From Lepidodermella squamata (taxonomy: Eukaryota; Animalia; Gastrotricha), in assembly GCA_047495785.1 (NCBI GenBank), contig JBLDXI010000013.1:2170001-2234000 (forward strand): 64,000 nucleotides of DNA. Direction: 5' to 3'. A model generated the notes under the pieces. That model did not search any database and had not been told where the DNA came from. It was given only the letters and a program-made list of their open reading frames with translations. How positions within the stretch are numbered: the first letter of the stretch is position 1; every line of letters starts with the position of its first letter. The translations under genes and the position numbers were made by a program. Of the stretch, positions 57,655 through 64,000 are shown piece by piece.

Positions 57655-59645
57655 TCAAAAGTTGCGTGATCGTTCCTCAGCTGTTCTACCCGACGGCCGA
57701 GGCCTGTTATTACTGTTAACCGGCTCGACGTAATGAGGACTGAAATAATTCGGGTCATCGGGTATTGGCTCCTCGATAGGCGGTGGCAGGGAGGCGTCCG
57801 ACCTCCGCATAGTTGAAGCATCCGTGTACTCATCGTCCTCATCCAATTGGGGGTAAGGGGAGGTCCGATTAGCCTGCGAGTTTCTGCTAACCGGTTCCTC
57901 ATACACATCCCCCGGGTCTTTGTCAAACTCGTTTGGAGAGTAACTCCTCGACTGAACAGACAAGGCACTAGCCCGAGTTGTTGTACTTGTTGTGGATTGA
58001 GCTTTCCTCAACGCGACCTGTTGATGATATCTAGAAGACTTCGAGCCTCTTTGAGGAGTAACCATCGGCTGATTCGAAGCTATTGTTGAAACACTGAGGC
58101 TGTTAACTGATCTCAACTCGGCTTTAGCTGCAGGCGGTCTTTGCGGCTGCTGTTCCTCATCCTCAGTTACGCATAGTGTTGTAGAGCATCGATTTCTCAC
58201 TGCGATCAATTTTCCTTTGATCCTAACTCGATACGCGAATATGTTTATTCCGATGGAGATGATGATAAAAATTCCGAAAAATATCAGGGCTATTTCCGCG
58301 CCTGTAAGACTATCGTCGTCGGGAACAACAAATTTTTCTGAAAAAAAAGTAAAAAAATTTAAAACTAGATCAGTATTGAGTTATAGTCATACCTAGGCCG
58401 ACAATCGAAGTTAAAGGTATAATTGTCTTTGTCGTATTTATCTCATTTTTAGCCTCGCAGATGACTCGAAGGTGTTGATTTTTCGCGAGCCATTCGCAGG
58501 TCATACGAGGAACTATTGCTGAAACGTAATTGAAATCGCTAAGAGCCGTTAATATGATTTTGTTCGTTTCAGGGTCCTCAATACTCATAGTGAAAGACGT
58601 TACTCCAGGGCAGGTAGATGTTACTTTGCATTTTAAAACACAGAATTCCTCACTTTTTGTGTTAACATCCGTAACTAAAAATCATAGTTATTTACAGGAA
58701 ATTAAAAATAAATGACAAAGTACTCACGTGAAAATGTGAGGTTCTGAGGTTGGTATTTCAATGTCATCATCAGGTAAGCTCGATTGATTGAATCCTTGAT
58801 ATTAGCCGCCATCTGTGTTGTAGCATTCACAATTCCGGTGCACATCATCGGCCCGATTGTAGCAGCCTCGTCAGCTGTCAGGAAAAATCCGACTTTTTTC
58901 CCATCAGGATATCCCGGGTACTTCAGGATCCCCAAGTCACGGCCACTCCTCGGATCATTCGAGAAATCGCTGTGACCTGCTAGCGCGAATTCGGCGATTT
59001 GAAGCTGACCTTGCTCGTCGATGAATTGCCCCAGCCCTACGTCGAAAGTCAGCAGAGTTGGGAATGTGTTGAAAAGATAGGCTACGACGTCATAAGTTGC
59101 GCCTAAGGAAGAGATGTAACGATCTGAAACCCGTGACAGATTTTCCACGTCCTCAACGTTCACATCTGTAACCATAGGTCTCACTAAAGAGTTCAATCTT
59201 TGTTAAACATAAGCAATATTGAGTGATCTCGAGTTCATTTACCAGGAATGAAAATGTTAAGAATGTAAGGCTGGTAACTAACTCCGTCACATGCAGCTCC
59301 ATACTCTCCGCCAGCTGTCGCATTGATGCCTTCCATCTTAAAGTGATAGCCGTTTTTGTCATCGATCAACCATTCGATTTCGGAGGTTACATCGACCGGG
59401 TTGTTGACGGGTGATTTTACAAGAGTGAATAAGCTCTCATTACACGGTGGGTTGATTTTGAATAGGATTGTTCCAGTTGTGTCGTAACTAATCCACCTCC
59501 CTCTGATGTCATAACAAATGTTGTTAGATTGGCGGAAAAGCTTCTCAGGCGGGCATTCTGAAACAGCTTTCTCAAACCAAAATAGGAATAAGTGTAAATA
59601 TGTGCATGTGATTATATTGGCGATTCTGAGCAGTGCCTTTGCCAT
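57655..59645 (-). CDS. Type I membrane protein with divergent copy of the shared N-terminal/Ig-like module and Tyr-motif-rich cytoplasmic tail, multi-exon
   Basis: Leader MAKALL..; WISYDTTGTILFKINPPC (cf. WINYTANATITFSFDPPC); FCVLKCKVTSTCP..LRVICEAKNE. TM around 58245-58300; tail has VYEEP, PYPQL, EYTDA, PNYF and HYVEP. Confidence 0.7.
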
Positions 59646-60039
59646 AAAAATTAACTTCTTTCAAAAGCAACTAACTCTGTCAACTCCGCATAATAGTTAT
59701 CTCATTCACTGGGGAGGAAAGGAATTGAGATTTTCTTATCTTCATTTTCTTCTATCGTTCTATGTCTCTTATCATCGGCAACATTCAACATTGAGTATTT
59801 TTCGATGAAAAATAGGGCGCCAAATTCATTGAAATAATTAAGCTAAAAAACTCGACAAGAAAACAAAAAACAATGGGAATGAGCCGAAATAAGTGTGAAT
59901 TTTATTGTTATGCTCTAAAAACGCCACAATTGTTATAGAAACATTGAGAAAGGATTAGGAACGCGGTCCTTAAAGCCTACAAGAGCTGACAGGCATTTAG
60001 GGCAATAATACTTGCCAGTTTTTTACATCAATATTCTTA

Positions 60040-63000
60040 ATGATATTGCCAATCTCTATAACAATCATTGTTATAATCAATAAAGGTTGATTTGATAAAA
60101 AAAATTGATTCGTGATCTAAAAATCTGTTTTCAGCTTTCAGTCAAACTACCAATGTCGGGCAGCTGACGATTTCAGTTCAGCCATCAATTTGGATCAACT
60201 ACACGGCAAATGCAACGATTACTTTCTCGTTCGATCCACCCTGCCCTAGCGCGTCGATTTTTTATAAAACACAACAACTTCGGGAAACTTGCGCTGCCGG
60301 GCCAGCTTGCCCTGGGTCGCAATTCTTCCCAGCTTCAACAGTGACATCAGAACCTTTCGGAGCTTGGATACGAGTTACAAATGTTAACCCAATGATGAAT
60401 GGTTACTTTTACGGAGTTTGCGGCTCGAATGGTCGAATTTATCGAACGCCCAATTCAACGAATGAAACTGCTGCGAATCTACTGATCGGCGTTAATCCTC
60501 GCCTGCTGTACATACGAATTTTCGCTGAAACCACCTTGGTCGCTAATTTAACGCGAATAGTCTCGGCTGATGGTTCGAGCGATCGTTTCATTCTGAATTC
60601 GTCGATTGTAAGCGCCGTTCCGTTGACTGGCTACAGCTACCTAGTTGTTTGGTTTGGGGCTGGGCGAGGGTTGGATCCAAACAATCGAGGCGACCCGACG
60701 AGGTCAACTTTCCGATTTACTGTACCGGCTTTCGATGGCGTCAGCGGCAATTACTCCTTCGCAACGAAAGGGAGCCCATCTCAACTATAGTAAGATTCAC
60801 TAAATCCGTTCCTAATATAACTTTGTTATCTCAGTGATGTAACACCCTATGGGGAATGGAACCAATACGTCATAAAGACGAGCGATCTAGCGAGTGCGGG
60901 GCTTTGTACAGTTGAGGGTACAGCGTTCTCCTATCTTCCTGGCGCTCCAGTCTCAGACAAAGTTTATTTCAAATTCGATGTGATCTACCCACTCAGTGTA
61001 GCTGCCATTACTGGTACGATTAATGGATGTTAAGACCTATTTCAGACATTATTTTTTTGAATAGTTGACCGAAGTCAGGGATGCTCATGTTTGTTCAAAT
61101 GCAAAACGGCCGCATGCCCTGCTACAACTCCGCCAAGGATAGATTGGATCTTCTTCGATAACGCAACAATCGCTTACCCAACTGACGTATTCTTTGGACG
61201 TTTTTACCACAATTTAAGTGATAAAACCTACTCCAGGTATCCTATCTGCGGGGCAATGTTCCAGGTAGTCCGGACAGCTATTCTATGAATAATTCTGCTT
61301 GCGATGCGATGTTTAAATCAATAATTAGTAAGCGTACCGCCTTGACTTACAACGCAAGATGTCGAGCATCTATCGGTGACTACACGACCTGGTCATACTA
61401 CACGACTTCTGCAATCAATATGCTATCAATGCCTGTCTACGATCTACTACGGCCGTGCCAACAGAGCGAGTTTCAATGCAAAACTAGTTTGATGTGCGTT
61501 CCGCTGATGAATCAATGCAACGGCAGGCCTGATTGTCCGGATGGTAGTGATGAACAAGGCTGTAACTCAGGTGTCTGTAGCAGAGATGAGTTTTACTGCT
61601 CTGGATCAAGTAAGCAATGTTTCGTGACAAATAATTTTTTATTCCTTTCATCTCAAAATCAGAGGAATGTATTCAAAATTTCAAGCGGTGTGACAGCGTG
61701 ATTGACTGTCTTGACAAATCTGTAAGATTTTCCTATGCTCATCTCGCTGAGCTCTGATTTGCTTATATACCACATAAGGACGAAGCGAATTGCTCGACTG
61801 CCTCGACGCCATGTGCTAGAACCTACTTCAGATGTGCCAGTAAACAGTGAGTATAGCAAATAAAATTGAAATTGATATTTGAAATGAATGTTTCCCTTTA
61901 TAGATGTGTTAGAGGAAGGTAAATCTTTCGTTTAGAAGACCGTACTGCCTCTTATAATATCGATATGCTAAGATATGTTTGTGACGACGATGAAGATTGC
62001 GGTACGATTTCCCGACTCTTAATCCTCCCAACAAGAATTTCTTATTATTGTATAGATGACGGAAGCGACGAAAGACAATGCGGAGGAACTGGAAGAGGGT
62101 GAGATTTTTCAGACTAGAGAAATGCGTCTTTGTTGGGAAGAGATCGCTGTCAAGATTTTTCCATGAAATCCGTAATTTTGGATAGCGATTTCCTATACAA
62201 AGTTTCATCCTTTATCCTCCATGGCATGTGATGGAATTATAAAGCCTACCGTTGGGTTTAGGGGACGGCTGACGGCAAGCGATCAGGAACCAGCAGTTCC
62301 GTATATTATTGAGCTTCAATAAGCGATTCGTTTATTATCGAGGATTTCATTATTTTCTTTGAAGGCCTATGGTTACAAACGCTTGCCTAAGCGGTCAATT
62401 CGTATGCAGTAACCAGCGTTGCATCTCTAACTTGTTAGTATGTGACCGGAATAACGATTGCGGAGACAACAGTGTATGTAAAATAATCATTACCAAGCTT
62501 TATCTTAGTATGCCCCTATAGGATGAAATCAGTTGTGGTTCTTACTACTCCGCAACTTGTGGCGAAGATGGGTACCAATGCAACAATGGAAAATGTGTCC
62601 TTTCCTCTGATCTGTGTGACGGAACGAACGATTGCAGTGAGATTTCTTTTCGAATTTCCAACTTCCAACGGCAAATATGTTTGTATTGCGTAGTTGATAA
62701 TAGCGACGAAAGCATCTGCAGCTTTCTGCCGGGTAGCAATCAGGTCATAATAACAACGCAGTCTCCAATCCTAGAGCCACCGAGCAGAGCGTTATGCCTA
62801 CCGGGTTATAGGCGCTGTGCTAATAGTCGATGCATTCTTGGTAGGTTTTTCCTTTACTAGGTTATTTTTGACATCGAAATCTCACAAACCAGATTGCTTT
62901 TTTAAGATTACCAATTTTGTGATGGTTCGAACGACTGCGGTAGGCAAAAATTACATTGCTTTTCTATGTTTTATCTTATCATCGTGTGTAAGGTGACCAA

Positions 63001-64000
63001 TCTGATGAGGATCCTGCTGTTTGCTCTACTTGCCCGGGCGATCGTTTTCATTGTCAAAACAACAAGTGTATAGCCGTAGCGTAAGCTTCCAGGCGATTGA
63101 AAATCCGCTCTGAAAGTTCTCCTGTATCTTAAGATACCTTTGCGACGGAATAAACCAGTGCGGCGATGGCAGTGACGAAGCTGCAGCGCTATGCCAAAAA
63201 TGCAGTTTGGCTGATAATATGTGGAAGTGCAAGAAGTCAAACAAGTGCATCCATGTCACTTTGCTGTGCTCGAACGGAGGTGGCTACTGCGGAATAATGG
63301 ACAACTCCGATGATTCGGCTGAAGCATGCGTGGTCGCAGCTGCATACGCGGCCGGAATTTCAAATGTCTGCCCGGAAGGTAAAATCCGCTGTAAAACGAA
63401 TTCCATTTGCGTCGACGTTAAAGATCTTTGTAATGGCGTATCTGAATGCTGCTCGTCATCATCGTCTTCCATGTACAGTGATTACGATGATTACGGACTT
63501 TTCGGAAGTCGAAATTTGGTAACCCTCGAGAACGATACACATATGGGATTTTGCGAAAAGACTGATGAAATAGGGTGTCTAAAGGACGCCTCATGCAGTG
63601 TGAACAACGGAGGTTGTGCCCGGAAGTGTTACTCCGTCGAACTGCCTCCAGAGCCAACTTTATGCGATGGAATGAAGAAATCTCAATCTGCCATTTACTG
63701 CGGCTGCCCTCAAGGCTATGAACGTCCGGCTGACAATCTGAAGCAATGCGTCGACATCGACGAGTGCAAGCAACCACTCGCTCACAATTGCTCCCATTTG
63801 TGCCAAAATACGGAGGGATCATTCAACTGCCTATGCCAAGAGGGCTATTCAAAGCCGAACAAAACAACCAACATGCAGGTTGACCTAGCAGCCTTAAATA
63901 AGGGGCTCTGCGAGGTCACTGGCGACTCTTCTGTTCCTGATATAGCTTACGTCAACGATGATACCATCCGCCTCTTGCGGAATAAAAAAGCCAGTATCCT
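60040..64000 (+). CDS. LDLR/LRP-like receptor paralog of the 48066 gene with more LDLa repeats; many small exons; truncated by window end
   Basis: MILPISITIIVIINK|AFSQ..; shared N-terminal module; RPCQQSEFQC..CNGRPDCPDGSDE and many further LDLa repeats; VDIDEC..C.NTEGSFNC cbEGF near 63750. Confidence 0.82.
62242..62300 (-). mobile_element. Short 3' terminus of the same RTE-like element, intronic
   Basis: aagcctaccgttgggtttaggggacggctgacg matches 22187-22222. Confidence 0.65.

Overview
This is eukaryotic (animal) genomic DNA from a compact invertebrate genome. Introns are mostly 45-60 nt GT-AG with T-rich acceptors, and I cannot identify the organism. The window is dominated by a tandem array of 14 plus-strand genes sharing a temptin-like domain (PNG..PHPC..W..GH..FG.DF..W..C..DSDGDG.TNGEELGDP.C..HPGVCEP), in four architectures. 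Five are intronless secreted proteins with a low-complexity tail bracketed by W-x5-CxC[FY]C...CxC[AS]C. Two are fused to a DBH/MOXD1-type copper monooxygenase, one with intact Cu ligands and one that has lost three of them. One is a minimal domain ending in KSEL, and six are mucin- or low-complexity-stalked forms with GPI-like tails. Interspersed are two papain-family proteases, a signal-peptide-bearing ankyrin protein, a divergent GABA-B-like class C GPCR, a galaxin-like-repeat protein and a TMEM87-like gene. Two stand-alone CxCxC-bracket proteins also occur, one nested antisense in an intron. Four genes share an N-terminal module I do not recognise: two LDLR/LRP-like receptors, one Tyr-motif type I receptor and one apparently soluble form. 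The most unusual non-coding object is a 1.2-kb element with ~92-bp terminal inverted repeats and TA flanks. It carries 4 intact and 3 decayed tRNA genes spaced about every 141 bp and sits in what is a ~50-nt intron in the paralogous genes. The remaining space holds Ty3/gypsy, L2/CR1 and RTE fragments and several MITEs. All gene models were spliced by eye and family calls rest on motif recognition, not database searches.
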